Below are positions 17,237 to 28,243 of a DNA stretch of 64,000 bases, in pieces (positions within the stretch are counted from its first letter, which is position 1; every line of letters begins with the position of its first letter). The DNA is from an uncultured cyanobacterium (GTDB lineage Bacteria; Cyanobacteriota; Cyanobacteriia; Cyanobacteriales; Cyanobacteriaceae). A model generated the notes under the pieces. The model had not been told where the DNA came from, did no database searches, and saw only the letters and a program-made list of their open reading frames with translations. The position numbers and the translations under genes were made by a program. Location: assembly GCA_963749915.1 (NCBI GenBank), contig CAVVOP010000021.1, positions 714,107 to 778,106 of the forward strand, in the 5' to 3' direction.

Positions 17237-19510
17237 TTACAGGCTCAATTTAGGCTTAAATTTGCGTAATCTTAAGGCATTTGCCACTACTGAAACTGAA
17301 CTAAATGCCATAGCAGCACCCGCAATAATGGGATTGAGTAACCAGCCAAAGAAGGGATATAAAATTCCGGCGGCAATGGGAATACCAAGGCTATTGTAAA
17401 TATAGGCAAAAAAGAGATTTTCTTTAATATTTCTCATGGTGGCATGACTAAGTTGAATCGCGGTGACAATTCCCCGTAAATCGCCAGAAATTAAAGTTAA
17501 ATCACTTGCTGCCATGGCCACATCCGTGCCTGTACCGATCGCTATTCCTACATCTGCCTGTGCTAAGGCGGGGGCATCATTAATACCATCACCTACCATA
17601 GCCACAATTTTCTGTTTTTGTTTACGGCTTGGTCTTTCTTGTTGAATTTCTTGAATAATATTGGCTTTTTGGTCTGGACGTACTTGGGCGAAAACTCTTT
17701 GAATACCGACTTCAGAAGCGATCGCTTCGGCGGTTTTTTGATTATCTCCTGTTAACATAACTACCTCTAACCCCATTTTTTGCAAGGATTTAACCGCTTC
17801 AACGGAAGAAGGTTTGATGGCATCAGCAATACCGATTAAGCCCTCAATTTGTCCATCTACCGCTATTAGAGCAGTGGTTTTGGCTTCACTTTCCCATTGT
17901 TGACGGGTTGATTCTAACTGTTGAGAACCAATTTTTAAAGCATTCATCCAGTGTTGAGTACCAATTTGGACGAATTTACCTGAGACATTTCCTTGGACTC
18001 CCATTCCTGCAACAGCTTCAAAATTGTTTACATCGGGTAAAGGACTTGAAACTCCTTGAGATTTGGCATAGTTTACTACTGCTTCAGCTAAAGGATGTTC
18101 GGAGTTTTTTTCGATCGCCGCCGCTATTGCTAAGAGTTCAATTTCATGATGATAGGCTACACCTTTAACGGTGATGTAGTTTGTCACACTGGGTTTACCT
18201 TCAGTAATAGTACCCGTTTTATCACAGACAATGGTATTGAGTTTATGGGCTAATTCCAGACTATCTGCCCCCTTAATTAACACTCCGTTTTCTGCCCCTT
18301 TTCCTGTACCAACCATAATTGAGGTCGGAGTTGCTAAACCCAAGGCACAGGGACAAGCAATAATTAAAACACCTACTGTGGTAATCATGGCGAGAGTTAC
18401 ATTGCCCATAGTATTAAACCAAATTATAAAAGTAAGAATGGCGATCGCGATTACTACAGGTACAAACCATCCCGTTACCTGATCTGCTAATTGTTGAATC
18501 GGGGCTTTACTACCTTGGGCATCTTTGACTAGCTGTACAATTTGAGCCAAGACCGTATCTTTGCCTACTTTGGTGGCTTTAAATTTAAAACTTCCAGTCT
18601 TATTAATGGTTGCCCCAATGACCTCATCACCAGCTCGTTTTTTAATAGGGATTGGTTCACCTGTTACCATAGACTCATCAATGGAAGATTCTCCTTCTAC
18701 TACTTCTCCGTCTACAGGAATTTTTTCTCCAGGACGAACTAGAATGATATCTTCGACGACTACCTGTTTAATAGGAATATCTATCTCTTGTCCCTGACGA
18801 ATTACCCTGGCGGTTTTTGCCTGTAAACCCATTAATTTACGAATAGCTTCTGAAGTTTGTCCTTTGGCTCGATTTTCCAATAATCTGCCTAAAAGAACCA
18901 GAGTAATCACAACTCCTGCTACTTCGTAATAAACCGCTACTTGAACGCCCTGAGATTCTAAAATGTTAGGAAAGATGGTGGCAAAAAAAGAGTAAAGATA
19001 AGCGACTCCCGTGCCTAAAGCGACTAAAGTGTCCATATTAGCAGAATGCCGCTTAAAAGCTTTCCAGCCGCCGGCAAAAAAGTCTTTCCCAACCCAAAAC
19101 ATTACGGGAGTTACTAACACAAACTGCACCCAAGAATTGTGTAACCATTGAGGAATCCAAGGTATTTCTAAACCTGTCATCATGGGTAAAACACCGATAA
19201 TTAATAAAACACTGATGATGCCACCTAAGATGACTTTGTGAGTTAATTCTTTTTGTTCAGCAATTCTGGCTTTTTTCTCGGCATCATGATCTTCTTCTGA
19301 GTCTAAAAAAGCCGAATATCCTGCTTCAGTTACTGCTTGTTGAATTTGAGTTAAATTAGTTATTTGAGGATTATAAGAAACGGTTGCTTGAGAGAGGGCA
19401 AAATTAACATTACATTCTTTTACTCCTGAAACTTCTTTAACAGCTTTTTCGATACTAGATGCACAACCAGCACAACTCATTCCTTGGAGTTGAAGACGAA
19501 TATTTTCCAT
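17237..19510 (-). CDS. copA: Cu(I)-translocating P1B-type ATPase
   Basis: GMSCAGC HMA domain, [34 protein letters not shown] and MAFSS Cu+ ligands. Confidence 0.95.
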   Translation of the reverse strand: MENIRLQLQGMSCAGCASSIEKAVKEVSGVKECNVNFALSQATVSYNPQITNLTQIQQAVTEAGYSAFLDSEEDHDAEKKARIAEQKELTHKVILGGIISVLLIIGVLPMMTGLEIPWIPQWLHNSWVQFVLVTPVMFWVGKDFFAGGWKAFKRHSANMDTLVALGTGVAYLYSFFATIFPNILESQGVQVAVYYEVAGVVITLVLLGRLLENRAKGQTSEAIRKLMGLQAKTARVIRQGQEIDIPIKQVVVEDIILVRPGEKIPVDGEVVEGESSIDESMVTGEPIPIKKRAGDEVIGATINKTGSFKFKATKVGKDTVLAQIVQLVKDAQGSKAPIQQLADQVTGWFVPVVIAIAILTFIIWFNTMGNVTLAMITTVGVLIIACPCALGLATPTSIMVGTGKGAENGVLIKGADSLELAHKLNTIVCDKTGTITEGKPSVTNYITVKGVAYHHEIELLAIAAAIEKNSEHPLAEAVVNYAKSQGVSSPLPDVNNFEAVAGMGVQGNVSGKFVQIGTQHWMNALKIGSQQLESTRQQWESEAKTTALIAVDGQIEGLIGIADAIKPSSVEAVKSLQKMGLEVVMLTGDNQKTAEAIASEVGIQRVFAQVRPDQKANIIQEIQQERPSRKQKQKIVAMVGDGINDAPALAQADVGIAIGTGTDVAMAASDLTLISGDLRGIVTAIQLSHATMRNIKENLFFAYIYNSLGIPIAAGILYPFFGWLLNPIIAGAAMAFSSVSVVANALRLRKFKPKLSL

Positions 19511-19679
19511 AACTTACTTCCTCATTATTTTAGATTCTTTTTTTGTCATTAAAGCGAGCCACTGCCGACAAATTTTGTACAGTTTTCTCGATAGTTTTGT
19601 CACAGAAATCACTCATCATCTTTTTCCCCGGACAACCACACTAAATATTTGATTATTTGCTAATTTGTTTGATTCAAAG

Positions 19680-20264
19680 TTAATTAGGCTGGCGTTGTCT
19701 CCAACCATGCCAAACTGGAAAACCGTTTTCATCCCTTAAAGTTAAGGTTTGATCACTCTTCTGTACCTTAGTAGTTATCATGGCAGATTGCCCACTAAAG
19801 TTGACTCTTGATCCTGTGACCGTAATCTTATCTGAGGGCTGAATCTGGATATCCTGGTTTTGTAGATACCAGGCTGGTCCTAAATGGACGTCAACTGTCT
19901 CACTATCTGTTGTCAAGCGCAGGTGCATTCCCTGAGACATGCCGCCCATTGGCGTAAAGGTATCTATGCTAACCACTTCCCCGCTGATAGTTTCTATACT
20001 ATTGGGATCATACATTCTGCTATATGGGGAACGGTATCCCCAACCTCCACCTCCACAACATCCCGGGAAGCCTCCGGGACTATATTGAGCAATCAATTGA
20101 TCGTTTTGATTTGATCTTTCCCCATAATGAGTAAAGTTAGAAGAGAAATTTTCTTTTCTTTCCTCATCAAGATTTGCTAAGGAAGGTGCTGCTGTTAGTG
20201 CCAACAGTCCGAACCCAAATAGAGCAATAACAATAAGAGTTTTGTAGCGCAAATTGTTAGTCAT
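19680..20264 (-). CDS. Exported OB-fold protein (MamS/MamX-like domain)
   Basis: Signal peptide; YDPNSIETISGEV...VHLGPAWYL...VTGSR...LRDENGFPVW pattern; GCCGGGG motif. Confidence 0.65.
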   Translation of the reverse strand: MTNNLRYKTLIVIALFGFGLLALTAAPSLANLDEERKENFSSNFTHYGERSNQNDQLIAQYSPGGFPGCCGGGGWGYRSPYSRMYDPNSIETISGEVVSIDTFTPMGGMSQGMHLRLTTDSETVDVHLGPAWYLQNQDIQIQPSDKITVTGSRVNFSGQSAMITTKVQKSDQTLTLRDENGFPVWHGWRQRQPN

Positions 20265-20485
20265 TTTTTCTCCCCATTATTGATGGATATCTTTTACTTC
20301 CATGTTGCTACCCAAATATGAAATCAGGATGAATTTGTCCAAGTTGCTTAACAAATTGTTACTAATATCAAGAATTTAATCCAATCCATTAAGTTTTGTT
20401 AATTGATTATCTACTGATAAACCCAATCCCTAACCTCCTTTATCTCTAGCCGGTTATGATATGAAGTAAAAGCCTAATAAAGTTT

Positions 20486-20637
20486 ATGACTCTAGCAATT
20501 GCTCTTGAACCTGCACCTATAGAAACTGAGCGGAACGTCAACGTCAGGCAAATGTGATTCAGCAGGAGGCTGAACAACGTTTTAATCCCATTGGAATACG
20601 CGATCGCCTGCTTGCTAGGCGAAATCAATTCAGGTAA
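20486..20637 (+). pseudogene. DUF433-type antitoxin remnant with internal deletion
   Basis: N-terminus MTLAIALEPAPIETE joined out of frame to C-terminus ERQRQANVIQQEAEQRFNPIGIRDRLLARRNQFR*; lies directly upstream of the DUF5615 gene. Confidence 0.6.
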
Positions 20638-20643
20638 TCCAAA

Positions 20644-21072
20644 ATGGTTCGATTTCTAGCTGATGAAAATTTTAATCACCAAATTGTGCGAGGCGTTCTT
20701 CGTCAAAAACCAGATATTAATATTGTGCGTGTTCAAGATGTGGACTTATCGGGAGCAGATGACCCAGCGGTTTTAGCATGGGCAGCTCAAGAAGTACGAA
20801 TTGTTCTGACTGATGATGTTGCTACCATGATAACTTTTGCATATCAACGCATCCAAGCAGGATTATCTATGCCGGGATTGTTTGAGGTGAGTCGTCGTGT
20901 TCCGGTAGGTTTAGTTATAGAGGAAATTATTTTGATTGATTGGATTTTGACCGATACAGTTCTCAACCCGCTATTATTAAGATATGAGTTGCCGCGCCTA
21001 GGTAAACTTTTTACTAAGGAAGGAAGAGATCTCTTTGTCTCTTCGACGCCCTGCTCGGTAAGCTTCAAATAA
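20644..21072 (+). pseudogene. DUF5615 (PIN/Mut7-C-like) toxin with its C-terminus replaced by unrelated sequence
   Basis: RFLADENF, GADDPAVLAWA, RIVLTDD; diverges after EEIILID. Confidence 0.75.
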
Positions 21073-21099
21073 CCTAACAAAGTGAAGGAGAAGATTAAA

Positions 21100-21264
21100 A
21101 TGCCACGTCAAGTCGGAGATCGTTATGTCTGCGAAAAGTGCGGAGCCCAGCTTGTTTATGAGAAGCCTTGTCCCTGTCCAGAAACTATGCCCCATTCAGA
21201 AATATGTTGTGGAGAGCAGATGAAGCTTGTATCGGAACAGACTCCGGTAAAGACTGACAAATAA
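21100..21264 (+). CDS. 54-aa desulforedoxin-like Cys-rich metal-binding protein
   Basis: RBS AAGGAG; YVCEKCG...CPCP...H..CCGEQM. Confidence 0.7.
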   Translation: MPRQVGDRYVCEKCGAQLVYEKPCPCPETMPHSEICCGEQMKLVSEQTPVKTDK

Positions 21265-21396
21265 GTTCTATGGCTCCCATAAATGTCCGCATTCTAAAAT
21301 CGCTAATACGTTCTGGAATATTCAGTAGTAGGGACGTATTATCAAAAATGGCGGAACTTTCTACGATCGCAATCTTGTAGCTTGGGAGGTACCGTT

Positions 21397-21561
21397 ATGG
21401 CAGACTCCCACCTTCATCAAGACTGTTGTTGCCATGGTGGAAAACAAGCTCAAGTCATACCCCCTACAATTCCAGCTGATAACCATGGCGAATGTTGTGG
21501 TCAGAATCATGGTGATAATGGCAAGGAGTTTGACTTGTGGGGAGAAATGAAACTAATTATC
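21397..21561 (+). pseudogene. N-terminus of a probable Zn/Cd P1B ATPase (ZiaA/CadA-like), truncated by IS1634
   Basis: RBS GGAGG; His/Cys-rich MADSHLHQDCCCHG...CCGQNHG...EFDL, cut at the IS end. Confidence 0.6.
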
Positions 21562-23554
21562 TCATTCTCCGCACTTCAAAAAATAGTATAAAACACTACG
21601 CAGAAATCGCAAAGATTGCTGAGTATAAATACTCAAGAAATCTCGAGGAAAAAGCTGAGATAATAAACAGGTCATTAAAAAGATAAGAAAACAGAAAAAA
21701 GTGTCACCATTAGAAACAATAGAAATAAAAAATATAGACCATTTAGGAATAGTAGCAGGAATAATAGATGAGATAGGAATAGTCGAAGTAATAAATGAAA
21801 GATTAGGTGTAGATAAAAGAGAAAAAATAACCAGTGGACAAGTAGTAAAAGCGATGATAATAAATGGATTAGGAATGGTCTCACGACCTCTATACTTATT
21901 TAGCCAATTTTTTGAAGATAAAGCAGTAGAAAAATTGTTAGGTTCCCAAATAAAAAGTGAATATTTAAACGATGATAAAATAGGACGAGTAATGGATGAA
22001 ATATATGAACTAGGATTAACAAATATCTTTATTGAAATAGTTTTATTAGTAATAAAAAAGTTTAACATCGAAACCAAATATAGTCATTTAGATGCAACAT
22101 CATTTCATTTGCATGGAGAATATCAAAATGAAGAAGTAAAAGAAGAAAGTGAAGAAATAATCAAAAAAAGACCTATTTTAATCAAGAAAGGATATTCTCG
22201 TGACCATAGGTTTGATTTAAAACAATGTGTCTTAGATTTAATCGTTAGTAATGATAATGCTATACCATTATTTATGAGAGCTGCAGATGGAAATGAAACG
22301 GATAAAAAAGCATTTGGTCAAATAGTTGTTGAGTTTAAAAAACGAATAAAAATAGATAGTATAATCGTCGCAGATAGTGCATTATACAGTGAAAAGAATC
22401 TAAAATTAATGGGAAATATAAAGTATATAACCAGAGTACCATTAACGATAAAAGAGGCAAAAGAATTAATCGAAACAGTAGAAATAGAAGAAATAAAAAT
22501 CTTAGAAAAGATGAGAGAAGAAGAAAGAGAACTCAGGGAAGAATTTAAGAAGAAAGGATATAAATGGAGAGAAGAAAAAGTAGAATATAAAGGGTTAAAA
22601 CAAAGATGGTTAATAGTAGAGAGTGATGCCAGAAAAAAAAGTGATTTAAAGAAATTAGAGCAAAAAATAGAAACGGAAAAAGAAAAAGCAATAAAAAAAG
22701 TAAAAGAATTAGAAAAAGAAGAGTTTGCCGAAATATCAACGGCTAGATATCAATTAACAGATAACAATAAAAAAAGCAAATTTTTTACCCTGGTTGAAGA
22801 GGAAATAATTGAATCGAGTAATCAGGGGAAAAAAGTTTATAAAATTAAAGTAAAAATAGAAGAAAATATAGAACTTAAAGAAAGAAAAATTAGAGGAGCG
22901 GGGAGATTTATTTTAGCGACAAATATGTTGGAGCAAGAAGAAATTAGTTCAGGAGAAATACTCTTAAATTATAAGAACCAACAAGGTTGTGAACAAGGAT
23001 TTGGTTTTCTCAAAGACCCTTTGTTTTTTGCCGATAGTTTCTTTGTAGAAAAGCCTTCAAGGGTAGAAACAATTTTGTGGATAATGTCTTTATGTTTATT
23101 AGTTTATAACCTGGGTCAAAGGGAACTAAGAAACAGTTTAAAAAGAAGCAAAAATTTTGTCAAAAATCAAGTAGGTAAACTGATTAACCATCCGACTCTC
23201 AGATGGATATTTCAGAGTTTTCAAGGCATTCATTACCTCTCAATAAATGGTAGAACTCAAGTTATTAATTTAACTGAAGAACGAAGTTTTATCTTAGAAT
23301 TTTTGCCTTCTTCTTGCCAAAAGTATTACCTCTAATGAAATTATTTTTGAACTAAATTGTGATAATGACAATGAAATAATATTTTCAGGGAGTGATCAAT
23401 ATTCCTCATGTTTTCTCGTGGAAAAATTTATTGATTTTCTTGTGCTACACAATATATACTAAGACAATACTTGTTGTTTCTGACAACGATCGCTTTAGGG
23501 AGTAGCATTTTTTGATAAGACGGTACAATTACTTTTGTAATCTGCGGAATGTGG
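21562..23554 (+). mobile_element. IS1634 family insertion sequence
   Basis: Transposase flanked by imperfect IRs (TCATTCTCCGCAC... and ...CTGCGGAATGTGG); no TSD seen. Confidence 0.8.
21701..23335 (+). CDS. IS1634 family transposase
   Basis: IDHLGIVAG, LNDDKIGR, HLDATSF, GYSRDHR, VADSALY, YKNQQGCEQGFGFLKDP, PTLRWIFQ. Confidence 0.95.
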   Translation: MSPLETIEIKNIDHLGIVAGIIDEIGIVEVINERLGVDKREKITSGQVVKAMIINGLGMVSRPLYLFSQFFEDKAVEKLLGSQIKSEYLNDDKIGRVMDEIYELGLTNIFIEIVLLVIKKFNIETKYSHLDATSFHLHGEYQNEEVKEESEEIIKKRPILIKKGYSRDHRFDLKQCVLDLIVSNDNAIPLFMRAADGNETDKKAFGQIVVEFKKRIKIDSIIVADSALYSEKNLKLMGNIKYITRVPLTIKEAKELIETVEIEEIKILEKMREEERELREEFKKKGYKWREEKVEYKGLKQRWLIVESDARKKSDLKKLEQKIETEKEKAIKKVKELEKEEFAEISTARYQLTDNNKKSKFFTLVEEEIIESSNQGKKVYKIKVKIEENIELKERKIRGAGRFILATNMLEQEEISSGEILLNYKNQQGCEQGFGFLKDPLFFADSFFVEKPSRVETILWIMSLCLLVYNLGQRELRNSLKRSKNFVKNQVGKLINHPTLRWIFQSFQGIHYLSINGRTQVINLTEERSFILEFLPSSCQKYYL

Positions 23555-23626
23555 ATTTTGAAGTTAGTTCATAATGAGGATTTTAGCCTTCGGTGAATAA
23601 TCCAGGCTAACCTAGCAGTATTACAT

Positions 23627-23685
23627 CCCACGCCGAAACCTAGTTGTTTTTTTGTCGTGTTTACGGCGTGGGGCTTCTTTTGACA
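23627..23685. repeat. Hairpin CCCACGCCG...CGGCGTGGG followed by GCTTCTTTTGACA; terminator or IS200/IS605-type end remnant
   Basis: 9-bp perfect stem just downstream of the 23697 stop codon. Confidence 0.5.
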
Positions 23686-23696
23686 TTTAAACTAAA

Positions 23697-26216
23697 CTAA
23701 AGGATTTGTTGTGTCATGATAAATTCTTGTACTTTACTACGATAAATTTGCAAATGTTCCTCTACCCATTCTCGACCATCGCTGTTAGCATAAATATGAA
23801 TTAAGGGTTCTTCCGCATCAGGTAAAATTAACACCCAGTTATCGCTATGACGTTCCACTATTTTTACTCCGTCAATTAATTCTAGTTTTTCTTGAGATTC
23901 CGTTTCTACTAAGTGACGCATTAATGAACCTTTAACCTTCCAAGGACAACGCAAAGAAAGAGACTTATGACAAACAAGGGGCAATTCACTTTTGACTTGA
24001 GTGAGGGATCGCTCTTGTACGGTAAGCATTTCTATTAATTTAGCAATGGTAAACATCGCATCAAAACCTGGATGAACTTGAGGAAAAATAAAACCCATAT
24101 CACCGCTACCTCCTAACACCACATTATGACTATGCTGTGTTGCCTCCATGATAGCCGTAGGATTCGCTTTAGTGCGAATAACCTTTCCATCATGACGACG
24201 GGCAATTTGTTCCACCGCCGAAGATGTATTTACAGGAATGACTACTGTTCCCCTGGGATGAGCTGTTAAAATGGCATTCACCATCAAAGCCGTCAATTCT
24301 TCCCCCCGAATTTGCATGCCTGATTCATCTACTAAAACCAATAATTCTCCATTGGCAGAGACTTGTACCCCAAAGTTAGCCTTTAAGGCCTCCACCACAT
24401 GGCCTAATTGAAATAAAAGGTTTTCTCTTTCAGGTGTTGACATCGCCCTTTGACGCAAACTAGCATTTAAAACCACCGCATCACAGCCAAATTTAGCTAA
24501 TAATTGCGGTAAAATCGCCCCTGAGACGGAATAAACATAGTCAATTACAATTTTACTATTACTATTGGTAATCGCCTCAAGATTTAGATGAGCTTCAAAT
24601 GTATTACGATAGGTGTCGAATACTTGAACTTGAGAAAGAGAAGACACATCACCAATATCCATGGCCTGTACTCTTCTTAAATCTTCTTTGAAATAAGCAC
24701 CTTCGATTTTTTTCTCTTTAGCTTTAGAGATATTAATGCCATTGGGGTCGAAAATTTCAATCAAAATATAGTCATGGCGATCAGGATGCAATCTTACATG
24801 AACACCTCCAACTACTCCTAATTTTGGAGTCATGGTACGAGAAATGGGAATAGCAGTTGAATCTAAGTTTTGAATATCAATACCCACGGACATTAAACCA
24901 GCAATAAAGGAACGACTTACCATGCGAGATACGCTACGCTGATCTCTCGATACCACAACACTGCTACGAGGTTTCAGGGTTGAACCATAGGCGGCACCAA
25001 GTTTAACGGCAAATTCAGGGGTAATGTCAATATTTGCTAACCCTGTAACTCCTCTTTGACCAAAAAGGTTACGATGGGCAATATTACCCCAAATTAAGTT
25101 AATGTTTAAAATTGCACCCGATTCGATGCGTTTACTGGGCCAAACTCTCACTCCTGTATTGATTTGGGATTCTTCCCCAAGATTACATAATTGACCGATT
25201 ACTGCCCCTTCCAGAATTTGCGATCGCCGATCAATTCTTGTACCTCTAGCGATAACACAAGCTGAAAGAGATGATTCTTCCCCCACAATAACGCCATTCC
25301 AAACAATGGGACGATTGAGTTCGGCATCCTCACCAATGGTGACATTATCACCGATGGTTGTCCCACTCCGAATTTTTGCCCTGGCACCGATGCGACAATG
25401 ACTACCAATCAGAGAAGGACTTTCCACTACTGCCGTGGGATCGATATAAGTATTTTCCCCAATCCATATACCCTCTGCCGTTTCCATGTAAGGAAATTTC
25501 AGACTAACTTTGCGATCTAAAGCATCATAATGAGCATCTCGATAGGTTTCTAAATTGCCCACATCACACCAGTAACCATCAGCAACATAACCATACATCG
25601 GTTCATTCCGTTTCAGAAGTAAGGGAAATAAATCCTGAGAAAAATCAGCTTCTTCTTGTAAAGGTAAATAGGCCAAAACTTCCGGCTCAAGAATATAAGT
25701 TCCCGTGTTGACGGTATCGGAAAAAATTTCGCTAGAGGAAGGTTTTTCTAAAAAGCGTTGTATTTTACCGTCTTTATCTGTAATAACCACCCCAAACTCA
25801 ATGGGATTAGGTACTCTAGCTAAAATTAAAGTAGCCTGAGATTTTTTTTCTCGGTGAAAAGCGATAGCGTCTTGTAAATTAAAATCCGTGATACTATCGC
25901 CACTGATAACCACAAAAGTATCATCTAACATTTGTTCAATATTTTTGACACACCCAGCAGTCCCGAGGGGTTGATCTTCCTCGATGGCATATTTCATGAT
26001 CACATCAAAATCTTTACCATCCTGAAAATAATTTTGGAAAATATCCGGTAAATAGTGCAGAGTAGCAATTATTTCATTAATACCTTGACGTTTAAGTAAA
26101 TTAACAATATGTTCTGCGATCGGTCTGTTTAAGACGGGTACCATCGGCTTAGGCAAATCGCAAGTCAAAGGACGTAATCTTGTACCCGAACCACCAGCCA
26201 TTAAAACAGCACGCAT
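23697..26216 (-). CDS. Mannose-1-phosphate guanylyltransferase / phosphomannomutase-like bifunctional protein
   Basis: MRAVLMAGGSGTRLRPLT, PKPMVP, PLGTAG, FLEKP, hexapeptide repeats, C-terminal PGM/PMM-like domains. Confidence 0.92.
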   Translation of the reverse strand: MRAVLMAGGSGTRLRPLTCDLPKPMVPVLNRPIAEHIVNLLKRQGINEIIATLHYLPDIFQNYFQDGKDFDVIMKYAIEEDQPLGTAGCVKNIEQMLDDTFVVISGDSITDFNLQDAIAFHREKKSQATLILARVPNPIEFGVVITDKDGKIQRFLEKPSSSEIFSDTVNTGTYILEPEVLAYLPLQEEADFSQDLFPLLLKRNEPMYGYVADGYWCDVGNLETYRDAHYDALDRKVSLKFPYMETAEGIWIGENTYIDPTAVVESPSLIGSHCRIGARAKIRSGTTIGDNVTIGEDAELNRPIVWNGVIVGEESSLSACVIARGTRIDRRSQILEGAVIGQLCNLGEESQINTGVRVWPSKRIESGAILNINLIWGNIAHRNLFGQRGVTGLANIDITPEFAVKLGAAYGSTLKPRSSVVVSRDQRSVSRMVSRSFIAGLMSVGIDIQNLDSTAIPISRTMTPKLGVVGGVHVRLHPDRHDYILIEIFDPNGINISKAKEKKIEGAYFKEDLRRVQAMDIGDVSSLSQVQVFDTYRNTFEAHLNLEAITNSNSKIVIDYVYSVSGAILPQLLAKFGCDAVVLNASLRQRAMSTPERENLLFQLGHVVEALKANFGVQVSANGELLVLVDESGMQIRGEELTALMVNAILTAHPRGTVVIPVNTSSAVEQIARRHDGKVIRTKANPTAIMEATQHSHNVVLGGSGDMGFIFPQVHPGFDAMFTIAKLIEMLTVQERSLTQVKSELPLVCHKSLSLRCPWKVKGSLMRHLVETESQEKLELIDGVKIVERHSDNWVLILPDAEEPLIHIYANSDGREWVEEHLQIYRSKVQEFIMTQQIL

Positions 26217-26327
26217 AAAACCCCCTTTAACAATGAACCATAAACACAATAAACAATGAACAATTAATTGTAACTGTTGCCTGTTCCCGATTGACTATTC
26301 CCTTAATTATTACTTATTCCTTATGCA

Positions 26328-27623
26328 CTAAATTCCTAATCGTTGATAAATTGTATCAAGATTCTTCAAATGTTGTTGCGGATCAAAGCAATTATCAATT
26401 TCGGAATCTGATAATAGCTGTTTAACTTCGGCATTATTTTCAATTAAATTACGAAAATTACCGTCTTGAATATTCCAGGCCTGATGGGCGCAACCCTGTA
26501 CAAGTTTATAAGCATTTTCTCGACTCATCCCTTTAGCCACTAAAGCTAGTAACACTTTTTGACTAAAGATGACACCGCCATAGACATTCATATTTCTTGC
26601 CATATTCTCAGGATACACTAACAAGTTTTGAATCAAATTAGTGGTTTCCTCCAACATAAAATGAATCAAAATGCAAGTATCAGGTAAAATAACTCTTTCA
26701 ACGGAACTATGGGAAATATCCCTTTCATGCCATAAAGCTACATTTTCTAAGGCCGCTATCGCATTACCTCTGATAATTCTTGCCATACCTGCAATACGTT
26801 CACTACGGATAGGGTTACGTTTATGAGGCATCGCAGAAGATCCTTTTTGTCCTTTAGAAAAATACTCCTCCACTTCTAGGACATCAGTACGTTGTAAGTT
26901 GCGAATCTCCACAGAAAATCTTTCTAAGGACGCTGCGACTAAGGCGATTTGTTGGACAAACTCTGCATGACGATCCCTTGAGATGACTTGAGTTGAGGCG
27001 GTATCAGGTTCTAATCCTAACAAGTTACAGGCGATGGCTTCAACACGGGGATCAATATTAGCATAAGTACCCACAGCACCAGAAATTTTCCCTACGGCTA
27101 TATCTTGTCGTAACTTCACAAGACGATCACGGTTACGACGCATTTCTGCTAACCAACCAGCCAATTTAAACCCGAAGGTAATGGGTTCAGCATGAATACC
27201 GTGAGATCGCCCCACCATAAAAGTATAACGGTGTTGTTGTGCCTGATAACGGATGGTTTGAATAGTAGTCTCCACACTTTCGAGAATTAGATTTAAACTA
27301 GCCACCATCTGCAATGCTAAAGCAGTATCAAGCATATCAGAGCTAGTCATACCGAGATGAATATATCTTCCTGCATCTCCTACATATTCATTAACATTAG
27401 TCAAAAAAGCGATAACATCGTGGCGAACTTCCGCTTCAATTTCTAAGACTCGTTGAACATCAAAATTTGCCTTAGCCTTAATTTCTGCCACCATTTCTCT
27501 GGGAATATTACCCACTTCTGCCTGTGCTTCACATACGGCAATTTCCACTTGTAACCATGTTTTTAAACGATATTCGTCTGTCCAAATTCCGCCCATTTCG
27601 GGAAAGGTATAGCGTTCAATCAC
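26328..27623 (-). CDS. purB: Adenylosuccinate lyase
   Basis: MIERY, RHDVIAF, GRSHGIHAEP, GSSAMPHKRNP signature. Confidence 0.98.
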   Translation of the reverse strand: MIERYTFPEMGGIWTDEYRLKTWLQVEIAVCEAQAEVGNIPREMVAEIKAKANFDVQRVLEIEAEVRHDVIAFLTNVNEYVGDAGRYIHLGMTSSDMLDTALALQMVASLNLILESVETTIQTIRYQAQQHRYTFMVGRSHGIHAEPITFGFKLAGWLAEMRRNRDRLVKLRQDIAVGKISGAVGTYANIDPRVEAIACNLLGLEPDTASTQVISRDRHAEFVQQIALVAASLERFSVEIRNLQRTDVLEVEEYFSKGQKGSSAMPHKRNPIRSERIAGMARIIRGNAIAALENVALWHERDISHSSVERVILPDTCILIHFMLEETTNLIQNLLVYPENMARNMNVYGGVIFSQKVLLALVAKGMSRENAYKLVQGCAHQAWNIQDGNFRNLIENNAEVKQLLSDSEIDNCFDPQQHLKNLDTIYQRLGI

Positions 27624-27770
27624 TGCATTTTTTAGCTTTTTGCAAATACAACTGCTATATCTTACTATAAAAGCAAAGCCTAATTAACAATGAATTGGGA
27701 GTTGGTCAGGGCAAACCCACGGATTTACCCACATTTCTATCTTAAATGTCAAAAATTGCTTAGCAATTCC

Positions 27771-28187
27771 TTATTCTTGAGGTGATTTTTGATTCTCCAC
27801 ATATTGTTTTAATTGACTTACAGTTACGCCACCACAACTAGCAACAAAATAAGCACCAGTCCAAAAATAAGGTTTATTGTCGAAATACTTACTAGCTAAA
27901 TCAGGATAATCTTTTCTAATCAAACGACTGCTAACTGTTTTTAAATTAGCAATCAACTTTGATAAAGCAATATCAGGTTTGTAATCAATTAACAAATGGA
28001 CATGGTCACTTTCACCATTAAATTCCACTAACTTACATTCCCATTTAGCTAATGTGTCTGTAAATATTTCTTTTAGCCTTTGCAATACTTTCTCATTAAT
28101 TGCCTTTTGACGATATTTTGTGACTAAAACCACCTGAGCGGTAAGTTTATACGTTGACCTAAAACCTTTATGATAATTCCTTGTCAT
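27771..28187 (-). CDS. tnpA: IS200-type Y1 HUH transposase
   Basis: VLVTKYR, ESDHVHLL (HUH), LKTVSSR, FWTGAYF, QYVENQ. Confidence 0.95.
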   Translation of the reverse strand: MTRNYHKGFRSTYKLTAQVVLVTKYRQKAINEKVLQRLKEIFTDTLAKWECKLVEFNGESDHVHLLIDYKPDIALSKLIANLKTVSSRLIRKDYPDLASKYFDNKPYFWTGAYFVASCGGVTVSQLKQYVENQKSPQE

Positions 28188-28243
28188 TATTAATCGTTAA
28201 AGTTTATAATTAAGATTATAACCACTGTTAACTGTTTCTTTCG

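Noticed and set aside
21562..22739. Hydrophobic minus-strand ORFs
   Set aside because: Antisense to the A-rich IS1634 transposase
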